Shown: piece after piece, positions 9,960 to 21,791 of the stretch
Position numbering within the stretch: position 1 is the first letter of the stretch
Layout: the number at the start of each line of letters is the position of its first letter
Assembly (NCBI GenBank): GCA_965140785.1
Contig: OZ223497.1
Coordinates: forward strand, 1-64,000
DNA length: 64,000 bases
Origin: an uncultured Ruficoccus sp.
GTDB lineage: Bacteria > Verrucomicrobiota > Verrucomicrobiia > Opitutales > Cerasicoccaceae
Reading direction: 5' to 3'
Translations under genes and position numbers: made by a program
The notes under the pieces: model-generated
Told to the model about the DNA's origin: nothing
The model's input: only the letters and a program-made list of their open reading frames with translations
Databases searched by the model: none

Positions 9960-11063
9960 TCAAAGCCGTTGGAGCACTTCCCAGGCTTTTTCCCCGGTGC
10001 GCTCCCAGTCGAAGTGCTCCTTGGCGTGGGCTTTACCGGCCCGGCCCATGGCCAGACGCTCGCCCTCGGCGCGGTGAATGAGCGAGTCGATGGCGGCGGC
10101 CAGGGCGGTGCTGTCGCGCGGAGGGACGAGCAGACCGGTCTTGCCGTCGAGAACCATTTCGGGAATGCCGTCCACGCGGGTAGCCACCACCGGGAGTCCG
10201 TGATGCATGGCTTCCACGATAACCAAGGGGGAGGGGTCGCACAGCGAGGGCAGGATAAAGGCTCCGGCCTCCTGATAGAGGCGGTTCATCTGCGCCGGGT
10301 CGCTGACCTTGCCCAGCCGGATGACGCCCGCGGGCGGATCGTCCGCGTCGCCACCCACCACGGTCAGGCTCAGGCCGGGGTGCTCCTGGCGCAGGCGGGT
10401 GAAGGCCTCGTAGAGATATTGGCCGCCCTTGCGCTCGAACTCGTGCCCGACGTAGAGCAGCTTGAGCGGGTCCAGGTGTTCGCGGGGGGCGCTGGCGCGA
10501 TGGGGGCAGCCGACACCGATTGCCGTGACGCGCTCCTCGGGGATGCCGAAGCGCCGGATGACGTAGCGGCGGGTGTTTTCGGTAAAACTGAACAGGTGCC
10601 GGGCGTGGCGCAGGGCCAGCGCCTCGTCGCGGATGTGGCAAAAAAGTTGGAGCCGGTTGCGACCGCGTGTCCAGTCGGGGTAGTTCTCCGCCGCCTGCGC
10701 CATCGTATAGTCCAGGTAAATGACGTAGGGCAGCCGCCGCGAGGTCATGAACGGGCAAAAGTGGTGCAGCATTTGCAGGCACAAATCGGGGCGAGGCTCC
10801 ATGGCCAGAATCCGCTCCTCCACGTACTTGGACTTGGCGCGGTAGGCGAAGATGCTGCGTTGCCGCCGCCACCATTCCTCTTTGCTGGTGCGGCGGTGCG
10901 GCAGCCGCTCAATGATTCGGGCTTCCCAGCCCGCCATCTGGTCGCCGCCGACGCTATGCTCGACGTGAGGGATATGCCGCGCCAGTTGATGGACCAGGCC
11001 GTGGAAGCGCCCCGTCTGGTGGTCGCCGGGCATTTCCGAGACAACGAGACGCTCGACCTTCAT
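9960..11063 (-). CDS. GT4 family glycosyltransferase
   Basis: ERKGG, PSLCDPSPLVIVEAMHHGLPVVATRVDGIPE; ATG 11063 chosen. Confidence 0.9.
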   Translation of the reverse strand: MKVERLVVSEMPGDHQTGRFHGLVHQLARHIPHVEHSVGGDQMAGWEARIIERLPHRRTSKEEWWRRQRSIFAYRAKSKYVEERILAMEPRPDLCLQMLHHFCPFMTSRRLPYVIYLDYTMAQAAENYPDWTRGRNRLQLFCHIRDEALALRHARHLFSFTENTRRYVIRRFGIPEERVTAIGVGCPHRASAPREHLDPLKLLYVGHEFERKGGQYLYEAFTRLRQEHPGLSLTVVGGDADDPPAGVIRLGKVSDPAQMNRLYQEAGAFILPSLCDPSPLVIVEAMHHGLPVVATRVDGIPEMVLDGKTGLLVPPRDSTALAAAIDSLIHRAEGERLAMGRAGKAHAKEHFDWERTGEKAWEVLQRL

Positions 11064-11235
11064 GCCGGTCAGCTTGGGGCTCGACCGGCCAAAGGCAAAT
11101 CGAAACCGGTGCGGGCACCACTCGCTCAAGGAGCGGCATGTATGTTGGAGTTGTGACCGAAAGAGTCTTTTCATTTGACCGCTAGCCTGTTCGGGCAAAT
11201 ATTACGCTCCCTGATCACCTCTAGTTGTTTTTGTT

Positions 11236-13194
<1,959 letters not shown>

Positions 13195-13235
13195 ATCGGG
13201 TTGGTTTGTCGGGCTTACGCCTCGCTGAAATTATA

Positions 13236-13302
13236 AACCACGGATCTCACGGATGGACACGGATGCTTGTCTGATTCGTGTCCATATGTGTCATCCGCGA
13301 TT
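13236..13302. repeat. Inverted pair of ~9-nt-period CAC arrays (empty hairpin)
   Basis: AACCACGGATCTCACGGATGGACACGGAT vs reverse complement of 13274-13302; 22/29 match by hand; 9-nt loop. Confidence 0.8.
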
Positions 13303-13348
13303 GATGGTTTTTGCATATCCAATGAAAAACCGCATAAGATTGAAGATT

Positions 13349-13412
13349 GGGGCAGGAGCCTTTGGGGTTCCGTAGGGGCAAAACCCCTCAATGCCAACGG
13401 GTGCGGCCCGTT
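13349..13412 (+). repeat. GTAG REP-like multi-hairpin element, locus 2 (diverged)
   Basis: GGGGCAG-GAGCC-TTTGG-GGTTC-CGTAGGGGCAAAACCCCTCAATGCC-AACGGG-TGCGG-CCCGTT. Confidence 0.75.
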
Positions 13413-13474
13413 TTAGGGTTGCCGTGGTCGGAGCGTAGGCCAATGCTAATGGGTATATCCTCTTGATTACACCT

Positions 13475-14314
13475 ATGAGATGTATTGCTGCGCGACTGCC
13501 GGGGGGCCACTTCAGGACCTGTCTTCTCTCACTTCTTTTCCTGGGCCTGCTGGCGGCTTTTGCCGTTGATCCCAAAAGCGGCGACGGCCCGCTGGCTCCG
13601 AATTTCGCCGGGCAGGACTCCAACCCTAAGGCGCTCCGTGTCGGCGTCAACCCGAGTGGACCGCCCGTGGTCTTCCTGCAAGGGGACAAGGTTTCCGGCA
13701 TCGAGGCCGACCTCGCCGTGCAGTTGGGCAAGTCCCTCGGGCGCGAGGTGGAGTTCGTACAGTTGCCTTTCAATGAATTGATCCCCGCCCTGCTGGACGA
13801 GCAGATCGACATCATCATGTCCGGCATGTCCTTTACCGAGATGCGGGCCATTCGGGTCAACTTCACCCAGCCGTATATGAAGGTTGGGCAGATGCCGCTC
13901 GTGCACCGCAGCGCATTGAACAAATACAGTAACACCCTCGGACTCCTTAACGCCAAAGGCAAAGTTGGGGTGGAGAAGGGGACGACTGGCGACCTCTTCG
14001 TGCAGGAGAATTTTATTTATGCCGAGCGGGTGCCCTACGGCGATGTGAACGATGCGGTCAAGGACTTGGCCGCAGGCAAGATCGACATGGTGATTGACGA
14101 TTCGCCCATCATCTGGTGGCTGGCCTCGGAAAACGAATCCAGCGGTCTGAGCCCCATGGTGGTCTCGCTGACCGAGGAGTACCTCGCCTGGGCCGTCCGC
14201 AAGGACGACCAGGAGCTCCTGCGCGAAGCCAACGATTTCCTGGTGAAATTCCGTAGTTCGGGAGACCTGAGCAATGTAATCAAGAAGTGGCTGCCCTACG
14301 CCACGGATCTTTGA
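13475..14314 (+). CDS. Amino-acid ABC transporter substrate-binding protein (SBP family 3)
   Basis: LRVGV, GIEADLA, FNELIPAL, IDIIMSGMSFTEMR, VNFTQPY, GVEKGTT; start uncertain. Confidence 0.9.
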   Translation: MRCIAARLPGGHFRTCLLSLLFLGLLAAFAVDPKSGDGPLAPNFAGQDSNPKALRVGVNPSGPPVVFLQGDKVSGIEADLAVQLGKSLGREVEFVQLPFNELIPALLDEQIDIIMSGMSFTEMRAIRVNFTQPYMKVGQMPLVHRSALNKYSNTLGLLNAKGKVGVEKGTTGDLFVQENFIYAERVPYGDVNDAVKDLAAGKIDMVIDDSPIIWWLASENESSGLSPMVVSLTEEYLAWAVRKDDQELLREANDFLVKFRSSGDLSNVIKKWLPYATDL

Positions 14315-14351
14315 GCTCGCCTTTCTCCGACGAAAGGGCGTGAACGGTATT

Positions 14352-14380
14352 ATCCGTGCTCATTCGTGTCACTCGGGGTT
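14352..14380. repeat. Single arm of the 9-nt-period CAC array family
   Basis: Reverse complement AACCCCGAGTGACACGAATGAGCACGGAT parallels the 13236 arm. Confidence 0.65.
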
Positions 14381-14477
14381 GATGGGTTTCTGGTCTCCAG
14401 TGGATGGCCGTCGAATCAGCGGCCCCCCCTTGCCATTCTTCCCGGCCTTTATGTTAGAGCTTTTAAGCTAATATTAT

Positions 14478-14542
14478 AGCCACATAGAGGCACAAAAAAC
14501 ACAAAAGAATTTCCCTTTTCGGCCTCTGTGTCCTTGGTGGCT
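14478..14542. repeat. Inverted pair of 9-nt-period CAC arrays (empty, imperfect)
   Basis: AGCCACATAGAGGCACAAAAAACACAAAA ... TTTTCGGCCTCTGTGTCCTTGGTGGCT. Confidence 0.7.
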
Positions 14543-14550
14543 TTGGGGTT

Positions 14551-14581
14551 AAAAACAAAACCCGCGGCATCCACCGCGGGT
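14551..14581 (-). terminator. Rho-independent terminator after the DUF481 gene
   Basis: ACCCGCGG-catcca-CCGCGGGT stem preceded by an A-rich run. Confidence 0.75.
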
Positions 14582-14610
14582 CTTGAGAAAGCTCGAAGCT
14601 TTGGCTGGGC

Positions 14611-15684
14611 TTAGAAGGGGATGCCGAGGGCGAAGATGATTTTCTCTTCCGCCTTGTTGGCACCGGGGCCGACGGTGTTGTCGTAGTTGTAGTTATAGCT
14701 CAGGCTGGCTTCGACCCAGTCGGTCAGCTTGGCGATCCCGGCGACGTTAAAGTAGTACTGATACTGGCTGGTGTCGCTCGGGTCCAGACGGGCGTTGAAG
14801 TTCTGCTCGACGCGGAAGTACTTGTTGAAGTGGTACTCGAAGTTGTTGCCGATCGTCAGGTAGTAGTACCACAGCTGGGAGGTGCCCTGCACCTCGTTGT
14901 ACTGGCCGGCCACTCCGCTGTTTACGCTCAGCTTCAGGTCGTCATCGTTGAAGATGCGGTAGCCGACGCCGACCTGTTCGGTAGCCTGGTGGTCGATGTC
15001 CTTGACCTGGTCGTGCAGGTAGCTGGTCGTCGAAGTGATGAACCAGTCCTCGGAGAGGTCGTATTTGTAGTTAAAGCCGGCCCCGTACTTGTCGGTGTTG
15101 GTTGTCTTGTTGCCGCTGGCGTTGACCGTGTCGCCGAACTCGTAGAAGGCGCCCAGCTCATAGTGGTGGGGGGCAGAGTCCTTCTTGGCCTTGAAGCCGG
15201 TGACAAGCGAAGTTGTGGTCGAGCTTGATTCGGTGTAGGTGTAGCCGATGTTGATCTTACCGCTCCAGCCCTCGGGTACGATGGTCTGGAAGGTTGCTTT
15301 CCATTCGGCGAAAAGTTTGTCGAAGTACTCGGCCTGGTCCTCGGCTTTCTTTTCCTCCTCGGTCTTGGGCTCGGGCTCGGCGGTGTCGTCGGGGGAGGGA
15401 GTCGTGCCTGCCGCGGCGTCGGCGAGCTGTTCGCCCTCGCTTGGTATTTGTGGGCCGGCGACTTCTTCGGATTCTTCGCCCGGCGACTGTACCTCGGCCT
15501 GGTCCTCGGGGACAGTCAGCGTGCCCAGGATCGGGCTCTGGAAGGTGATAACCCCGTTCTCCTGGCTGACGAACGTGCCCTGAATCGTGTCCCCGTTTTT
15601 GAGAACCAGCGTGTCGGCGGCCTGTACGGAACCGGCACCCAGCATCGGAAACAGCAGAAATAGTAATACGCGTAACTTGGTCAT
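14611..15684 (-). CDS. DUF481/YdiY-like outer-membrane beta-barrel protein
   Basis: Signal peptide, DTLVLKNGDTIQG N-terminal module, alternating aromatic strands, C-terminal Phe. Confidence 0.8.
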   Translation of the reverse strand: MTKLRVLLFLLFPMLGAGSVQAADTLVLKNGDTIQGTFVSQENGVITFQSPILGTLTVPEDQAEVQSPGEESEEVAGPQIPSEGEQLADAAAGTTPSPDDTAEPEPKTEEEKKAEDQAEYFDKLFAEWKATFQTIVPEGWSGKINIGYTYTESSSTTTSLVTGFKAKKDSAPHHYELGAFYEFGDTVNASGNKTTNTDKYGAGFNYKYDLSEDWFITSTTSYLHDQVKDIDHQATEQVGVGYRIFNDDDLKLSVNSGVAGQYNEVQGTSQLWYYYLTIGNNFEYHFNKYFRVEQNFNARLDPSDTSQYQYYFNVAGIAKLTDWVEASLSYNYNYDNTVGPGANKAEEKIIFALGIPF

Positions 15685-15777
15685 GGAAGGGGCAACGAAA
15701 AAGTAATGGCCGTTACGGTGCAAACCCTTTTTGGGGAAAGCACCCTAACGGCCATTTCGAAAACGCTCGTTGCAGCC

Positions 15778-16680
15778 TTACGCGGCAGCTGATTTGACCA
15801 GGTTCTTCCCGGTCAGCAAGCTGATCAGCTTTTTCATCGCGGGCGTGAGCACGCGGCCCTTGCGGTGGACGATGGCCAGCGGGCGGGAGAGCTTCTTGCC
15901 CTTGATATTGAGGGAGCAGATCAGCCCCTGCTTGACCTCCTGCATCACCGTGGTGGACGGGACGATGGAGATGCCGGCATCGATTTCCACGGCGCGCTTG
16001 ACCGTCTCAATGTTGTCGAACTCCATTACCGGCTCAATATCCAGCTTCACTTCCTTAAAGAACTGGTCGGTGGCCTTGCGGGTCGGGATGTCCTGCTCGA
16101 ACCCGATGAAACGGTGTTCGGCCAAGTCCTTGATCTCCACTTGCTTGTGGCGGGCCAACGGGTGGTTGGGGCTGCAGATGACCACGAGGTGGTCTTCCTG
16201 GAAGGGGATGACTTCGAGCTGGCGGATTTTGTTGGGGTAGGCGACCAGGCCGAGGTCCACGGCATTGTGCAGCACATCTTCGTAGACCAGATTCGACCGG
16301 CGGTACTCAACGCGCACGTTGACGGAGGGGAACTCCTGCAGGAATTCCTTCACGTAGGGGGGCAACTCGTGCAGGCCGATACTGTAAATGGTCGAGATAT
16401 GAATAGTCCCGCTAATGACCTTTTTCATCTCCTGCAGCTCGCTGGTCAGCTTTTCATACATGTGCAGCAGTTCTTTCGCCGACTCGTAAAGCTTGGAGCC
16501 CTCCCGGGTGAGGCGAAATTGTTTTTGACTACGGTCAACAATCAGGACATTGAAGTGTTTCTCCATGGCCCGGAGCTGTTGACTGACGGCGGACTGGGTA
16601 ATGCCATTCAGTTTTGCGGCACGAGAAAAGCTCTGGCTTTCGACCAGATCGCTGAAAATTTTGAAATTTTCGATGTGCAT
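15778..16680 (-). CDS. LysR family transcriptional regulator
   Basis: SFSRAAKLNGITQSAVSQQLRAME HTH plus substrate-binding domain. Confidence 0.95.
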   Translation of the reverse strand: MHIENFKIFSDLVESQSFSRAAKLNGITQSAVSQQLRAMEKHFNVLIVDRSQKQFRLTREGSKLYESAKELLHMYEKLTSELQEMKKVISGTIHISTIYSIGLHELPPYVKEFLQEFPSVNVRVEYRRSNLVYEDVLHNAVDLGLVAYPNKIRQLEVIPFQEDHLVVICSPNHPLARHKQVEIKDLAEHRFIGFEQDIPTRKATDQFFKEVKLDIEPVMEFDNIETVKRAVEIDAGISIVPSTTVMQEVKQGLICSLNIKGKKLSRPLAIVHRKGRVLTPAMKKLISLLTGKNLVKSAAA

Positions 16681-16752
16681 GGGCTATTGCATAATGGATT
16701 CTAATTGCGAATCAATATTATTTTTAGCGAAACTTATCTTTATCTCTTCGCC

Positions 16753-17451
16753 ATGATTGAATATTCTGAATTTGCTACCCGTTGCTTGGAAATTCGGGAG
16801 CGTATTGACCGGGCCTGTGAGGCCGCCGGACGCAGCCCCGACGAAGTAAGTATCCTGCCGGTGACGAAGAACCATCCGGTCGATGCCGCCGCCTACGCCG
16901 CCCAGTACGGCTTCACCGCCGTGGGCGAAAATCGCGTGCAGGAAGCTCTCGATAAACAGCCGCAGGCACCGGCTACCCTGCGCTGGGAGCTGATTGGGCA
17001 TCTTCAGTCCAACAAGGCCCGGCTCGCCGCCGAGCACTTTGACCGCGTCCAGTCGGTGGACAGTGACAAGCTCCTGCGCAAGCTCGATGCCGCCGCCGCG
17101 GAGGCCGGACGGACGCTCGCGATCCTTCTTCAAGTCAACGCCGGGGAGGATCCGGCCAAGTTCGGTGTCGAGTGCGACGGGGCCGAGTCGCTCCTCGAAA
17201 CGACCCTGGGCTGCCCACACCTGAAAGTAGAAGGGCTGATGACCATCGCCCCGCTCGACCAGGATAAGCAAATCGCTGCCCGCGCCTTCGAGCGCCTGCG
17301 CGTGACCCGCGATCGCCTCAGCGAGCGTTTGAGCGTGCCCTTGCCAGTCCTCTCCATGGGCATGACCGACGACCTGGAGGAAGCCGTTAAAGCCGGTAGC
17401 ACCCTCGTGCGCATCGGCACCGCCTTATTCGGCACCCGGCCCGGATACTGA
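16753..17451 (+). CDS. yggS: PLP homeostasis protein YggS/PLPBP
   Basis: VTK, GENRVQEA, IGHLQSNK, GLMTIAP, LSMGMTDD, VRIGTALFG. Confidence 0.95.
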   Translation: MIEYSEFATRCLEIRERIDRACEAAGRSPDEVSILPVTKNHPVDAAAYAAQYGFTAVGENRVQEALDKQPQAPATLRWELIGHLQSNKARLAAEHFDRVQSVDSDKLLRKLDAAAAEAGRTLAILLQVNAGEDPAKFGVECDGAESLLETTLGCPHLKVEGLMTIAPLDQDKQIAARAFERLRVTRDRLSERLSVPLPVLSMGMTDDLEEAVKAGSTLVRIGTALFGTRPGY

Positions 17452-17548
17452 GCTTTCATGGGGCTCTTATGACTGCGTACACTTGTAGAGGGTCCATCTG
17501 GACACGCATTTAACTTTCAACGTTCGTTTTCAACACGAATACCTGTTG

Positions 17549-17660
17549 CCCGGGGGTAGCCGCCTTTCTGGCGGCGTAGGGGGCGTGCCCCCCTCAGTGC
17601 CAGCGGGTGCAACCCGCCGTAGGGGGCGTGCCCCCTCAGTGCCAGCGGGTGCAACCCGCT
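17549..17660 (+). repeat. GTAG REP-like multi-hairpin element, locus 3 (with internal ~42-bp duplication)
   Basis: GTAG-CCGCC-TTTCT-GGCGG-C, then [GTAGGGGGCGTGCCCCC(C)TCAGTGCCAGCGGGTGCAACCCGC] twice. Confidence 0.85.
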
Positions 17661-17691
17661 CTGGTTTTGGGGTTGCCGAGGGGGCGCGGGA

Positions 17692-18570
17692 ATGGCTAGC
17701 GTTTCGCCCAAGATGGAACCCACCGGTACACCTGAACGCAAGGCGGCCCTGCTGGCGCTATTGGACGACCCCTCAAAGGCCGTGCGCTCCGCCGTGCTCG
17801 AGGCTTACAAGGAGCTGGGGGACACAGGTGTGCAGTGGCTGCGCGAAGCCGTCCGCGGCGAGGGCCCGATGGCCGAGGATGCACGGCGCGTGCTGCACGA
17901 ACTGCGCGAAGACGATCCCAAGGCTGCCTTCATCGAATTTATCCATTCCTACCGCTATGAGTTAGAGACCGGTTCGCTCATGCTGAACCGGACCTGGTAC
18001 CCGGACCTCGACCCGACCTTCTGCTGCCTGTTTCTGGACGAGGTGGCGGCCCGTTGCCAGCAGCTCTTTTGTGAGCCTTCTACGGATTTCGAAAAGTGCC
18101 GCGTGCTCAACCGCGTGCTTTTCCACGAGTATGGCTTTCACGGCGACCACGAGGATTTCTACCACCCCGACAACAGCTTCCTGCACAGGGTGATTGAGCG
18201 CCGCTGCGGCCTGCCCATCACGCTGGCCATCGTGTACCTGCTGGTGGCCTACCGCTGCGGCCTGGCGGTCGAGCCGGTCGGCTTCCCCGGACGCTTCATG
18301 GTCGGCTGCTATACCGAGGGCGAGCCGTTCTTCATCGACGTGTTCGAGAGCGGGGTCTTCCGTACCGCTGAGGAGCTGGAGGCCATGCTCGAAACGCACC
18401 GCCTGGAGTCCGACCCGGGCATCCTGGCTCCGATTTCGGTCGGCGAAGTGCTGGTGCGCTGTTGCCGCAATCTCGTTAACCAGTTTACCCGGGCCCGTGA
18501 CCCGGAATCGGCTCGCCTCTACGCCGATTTCGTCCATGAATTTGAAAATGCTTACAAGCGAAAAGCTTGA
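17692..18570 (+). CDS. SirB1/YchA transglutaminase-like family protein
   Basis: FHGDHEDFYHPDNSFLHRVIERRCGLPITL, VGFPGRF, FIDVF. Confidence 0.85.
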   Translation: MASVSPKMEPTGTPERKAALLALLDDPSKAVRSAVLEAYKELGDTGVQWLREAVRGEGPMAEDARRVLHELREDDPKAAFIEFIHSYRYELETGSLMLNRTWYPDLDPTFCCLFLDEVAARCQQLFCEPSTDFEKCRVLNRVLFHEYGFHGDHEDFYHPDNSFLHRVIERRCGLPITLAIVYLLVAYRCGLAVEPVGFPGRFMVGCYTEGEPFFIDVFESGVFRTAEELEAMLETHRLESDPGILAPISVGEVLVRCCRNLVNQFTRARDPESARLYADFVHEFENAYKRKA

Positions 18571-19489
18571 TCAGGACACGGTCTACACCCTGGAGGACTT
18601 GAAGCACTGGCCGCGCGAGGGCGTCTCGCTCGCCGTGCTCGGTGACCCGGTGGCCCACTCGCTGAGCCCGCGCATGTACCACGCCGCGTTGGCCTGCATG
18701 GCGCAGAGCCAGCCGATGTTCGCCGATTGGCACTACGTAAAAATAGCCGTCCCCGACGGCCAGCTCGGCCCCGCGCTGGAGCAGCTCTGGGAGGCCGGTT
18801 TTCTCGGGATGAACCTCGTGCTCCCGCACAAGGTGGCCGCTGTCTCGCTGGCCGCCGAGCTGCACGAGAACGCCGCCGCCGTCGGCGCGGTCAACACCCT
18901 CCTGCGCCTGCCGCAGGGCGGCTACCGCGGCTACAATACCGACACCTTCGGGCTGGAAGAGGCCGTCCGGCGCGAGTTGGAGGCCGAACTGGCCGGACAG
19001 GATGTGATCCTGCTTGGAGCCGGGGGCGCTTCCCAGGCCGTCGCCCACCACATCCTGCGCAGCGGCTGCAAATCCCTCTGGATCGGCAACCGCAGCCAGG
19101 ACCGCCTGGCCCGGGTGCTGGAGGGCTTGGCCCCACACGCCGCAGCGGGGCAACTGCACGGCTTCGACCTGACAACTCCCCCCGCTGAGCTGCCCAAGAC
19201 CGGACTCATGGTCAACGGTACTTCGCTCGGCCTGCACCGGGGCGACCCCGCCCCGATCGACCTGAGCGGCTTCGTCGAGAGTCTAAAAATTTACGATATG
19301 ACCTACGGGCACGAGAACGCCCTCTGCCTGGCCGCGCGCGAACGCGGCATCCGCTACGCCGACGGGGCCTCCATGCTCGTGTGGCAGGGCGTGCAGGCGA
19401 TGGAAATTTACAGCGGCTCCTCCGTGCCCGCCCAACCGATGATGAACGCCGTCTGCGCCGGTTCCGGCTGTCCTGTTCGCCATGTTTGA
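18548..19489 (+). CDS. aroE: Shikimate dehydrogenase
   Basis: GDPVAHSLSP, PHK, GAVNTL, YNTD, GAGGAS, NRS, DMTY, MLVWQG. Confidence 0.9.
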   Translation: MLTSEKLDQDTVYTLEDLKHWPREGVSLAVLGDPVAHSLSPRMYHAALACMAQSQPMFADWHYVKIAVPDGQLGPALEQLWEAGFLGMNLVLPHKVAAVSLAAELHENAAAVGAVNTLLRLPQGGYRGYNTDTFGLEEAVRRELEAELAGQDVILLGAGGASQAVAHHILRSGCKSLWIGNRSQDRLARVLEGLAPHAAAGQLHGFDLTTPPAELPKTGLMVNGTSLGLHRGDPAPIDLSGFVESLKIYDMTYGHENALCLAARERGIRYADGASMLVWQGVQAMEIYSGSSVPAQPMMNAVCAGSGCPVRHV

Positions 19490-20546
19490 GTACATCGAAG
19501 AGATCGACGGCCTCGTGCCGTGGTTTTTCCCGCTTGTGGTTTTTATTTTCGGGGCCTGCTGGGGGAGTTTTCTGAATGTGGTCATCTACCGGTTGCCGGC
19601 GGGCAAGTCCGTCGTCCGGCCCGGCTCACACTGCGCCTGCGGCCAGCCCATCGCCTGGTACGACAACATTCCGATCCTCTCCTGGTGTCTGCTGCGCGGG
19701 AAAGCCCGCTGCTGCGGGCGCAAGTTCAGCATCCGCTACCCGCTGGTCGAGCTGCTGACCGCGTCACTTTTTCTGGTCGCGTGGCTCCTGCTGCCGGTGC
19801 AGGTGGCGCTAGCCGGATTTGTGTTTATCGCGCTGCTCGTCGCGGCAACCTTTATCGACCTGGACACCATGACGCTGCCGGACCAGATCACGGTCGGCGG
19901 GTGCATCGTCGGGGTAGTCCTGTCCTTCCTGCTGCCGGAGCTCCACGGCTTCGGCGGGGACGAGCCGCTGCTGCTGCGGGCCATGCGCTCCGGTATCTCC
20001 GGCATGGTGGGGGCCGCGGTCGGCTCGGGCGTCATCCTGTGGGTTGCCCTGAGTGCCGAAGCCGTCCTGCGCAAGGAGGCGATGGGCTTTGGCGACGTCA
20101 TTCTGATGGGCTGTATCGGGGCCTTCTGTGGCTGGCAGGGGGCGCTTTTCGCCATTTTCGGCGGGGCGCTGCTGGGCACGCTGGTGGTGATCCCGATGAT
20201 GATTTTGCAGAAGCTTTTCGGCCTGGCCCTGCCGGGACCGGGTAAGACCGTCAAAGCCGGTTCCGAAGGCGTCTCCGCCGCTTTGGACAAGGAAGAAGCC
20301 GCGGCGCTGGCCAAAGCCCAGGCGAAAGCCGATCCCGCCCAAAGCCCGACCGGCGCGGCGGAAGCCACCGCCGATCCTGCCGCCGAGGAGGGTCAGCCCC
20401 AGCTCGGCATGGGCGTGGCGATTCCTTTCGGTCCGTGGCTGGCGCTGGGTGGGCTGGTGTACTTCCTGCTTATGCGAGGACCGGCGGATGCCTATCTGGA
20501 CACCCTTCGGACGCTGATCTTTTCTCCCTTGGGTGCGGCCATGTAG
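19482..20546 (+). CDS. pilD: Prepilin peptidase / N-methyltransferase (A24)
   Basis: GSFLNVVIYRLP, Cys pairs, RYPLVE, FID, MGFGD, IPFGPWL. Confidence 0.93.
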   Translation: MFEYIEEIDGLVPWFFPLVVFIFGACWGSFLNVVIYRLPAGKSVVRPGSHCACGQPIAWYDNIPILSWCLLRGKARCCGRKFSIRYPLVELLTASLFLVAWLLLPVQVALAGFVFIALLVAATFIDLDTMTLPDQITVGGCIVGVVLSFLLPELHGFGGDEPLLLRAMRSGISGMVGAAVGSGVILWVALSAEAVLRKEAMGFGDVILMGCIGAFCGWQGALFAIFGGALLGTLVVIPMMILQKLFGLALPGPGKTVKAGSEGVSAALDKEEAAALAKAQAKADPAQSPTGAAEATADPAAEEGQPQLGMGVAIPFGPWLALGGLVYFLLMRGPADAYLDTLRTLIFSPLGAAM

Positions 20547-20638
20547 GACGTGGCCTGGCGGAGTTTATTTCTGGTCGGCCAGCCGTTTTTGATTAAATAA
20601 ACCTTCACTTGATCCCGCCTGACTCCCTGTACCTCCCG

Positions 20639-21322
20639 ATGAAAACCCGTTCCCATCCCGCGAAGAAACGTCTCCGGCTCCTTGCCATCGGCCTGGCCGC
20701 GCTGGTGACGTTTCCGCTCTCGGCGCTGGTGCTGATCGTGGTGGCGAAGCGCGAGGTGGAGTCCGCCGCGCAGGGGAGGGTGGCGACAAGCGTTGAGGAC
20801 GTGCCGCCAGCCCCCGTGGCGCTCGTGCTCGGCTGCTCCCGCTACTTCGATGATGGGACGGAAAACCCGTTTTTTTCCGCTCGGATGCGAGCCGCCCGCG
20901 AGCTCTACGAGGCGGACGCGGTCGAGTACCTGCTGGTCAGTGGGGATAATTCCCGGGTTGGTTACGATGAAAGCTCGGACATGCGGGCCGCGTTGATGGA
21001 GCAGGGCGTGCCGGAGGACCGGATCGTGTGCGACTACGCGGGGTTCAGCACGCTGGACTCGGTTCTGCGCGCCCGGGAGGTTTTCGGGCAGGAGCGCTTC
21101 GTCGTCGTCTCGCAGGCTTTTCATGTGCGCCGCGCCCTCTACATCGCCCGCGCCAATGGCATGGACGCGACCGGGTACGCCGCCGACTCCGTGGGCGGGG
21201 CCGGCGGGCGCATCGTGCGCTTGCGCGAATCCTTGGCCCGGGTCAAGGTCCTGCTCGACGTGCGCGTGCTGGAGCGCAGCCCGAAGTTCCTGGGCGAGCC
21301 GGTCGTGATCGGCTCCTCCTGA
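20639..21322 (+). CDS. SanA/YdcF (DUF218, ElyC-like) protein
   Basis: ALVLG, SGDN, YDE, DYAGFSTLDS, SQAFH, RESLAR, PKFLG. Confidence 0.9.
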   Translation: MKTRSHPAKKRLRLLAIGLAALVTFPLSALVLIVVAKREVESAAQGRVATSVEDVPPAPVALVLGCSRYFDDGTENPFFSARMRAARELYEADAVEYLLVSGDNSRVGYDESSDMRAALMEQGVPEDRIVCDYAGFSTLDSVLRAREVFGQERFVVVSQAFHVRRALYIARANGMDATGYAADSVGGAGGRIVRLRESLARVKVLLDVRVLERSPKFLGEPVVIGSS

Positions 21323-21359
21323 GAGGCGGCACCATTCCCTTCAGCTCTCTCTCATCCTC

Positions 21360-21710
21360 ATGCATCCCGTTCTGAAACTGGTTCTGCTGCTGTGTTGCAG
21401 TAATGTTTTCATGACCTTCGCCTGGTACGCGCACCTCAAGGAGCTGAACAACCGCCCCTGGATAATCGCCGCGCTGATCAGTTGGGGCATCGCGCTGCTG
21501 GAGTACCTCTTTCAGGTGCCTGCGAACCGGATCGGCTTTACTGTGCTCAGCGTGGGTCAGCTCAAGATCATTCAGGAGGTGATTACGCTCTCGGTTTTCG
21601 TTCCCTTCGCGGTTTTTTACATGAAAGAGCCGCTCAAGTGGGACTACCTCTGGGCGGGACTGTGCCTGGTGGGCGCGGTTTACTTCATGTTTCGCGATAA
21701 AATAGCCTGA
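21360..21710 (+). CDS. DMT family protein (DUF486)
   Basis: SNVFMTFAWYAHLK, SWGIALLEY, QVPANRIG, QLKIIQEVITL. Confidence 0.9.
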   Translation: MHPVLKLVLLLCCSNVFMTFAWYAHLKELNNRPWIIAALISWGIALLEYLFQVPANRIGFTVLSVGQLKIIQEVITLSVFVPFAVFYMKEPLKWDYLWAGLCLVGAVYFMFRDKIA

Positions 21711-21791
21711 ATATGACCGGTTTTTAACGATCAGGGCAGATCAAGGCTCCACATCGTGAAGTCTTTTTGCTACATCCAACGCGGTTATCTT

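Noticed and set aside
17576..17660. Two ~42-bp direct repeats as a CRISPR array
   Set aside because: The units are adjacent with no unique spacers, there are only two copies and no cas genes; better explained as a REP-like duplication.
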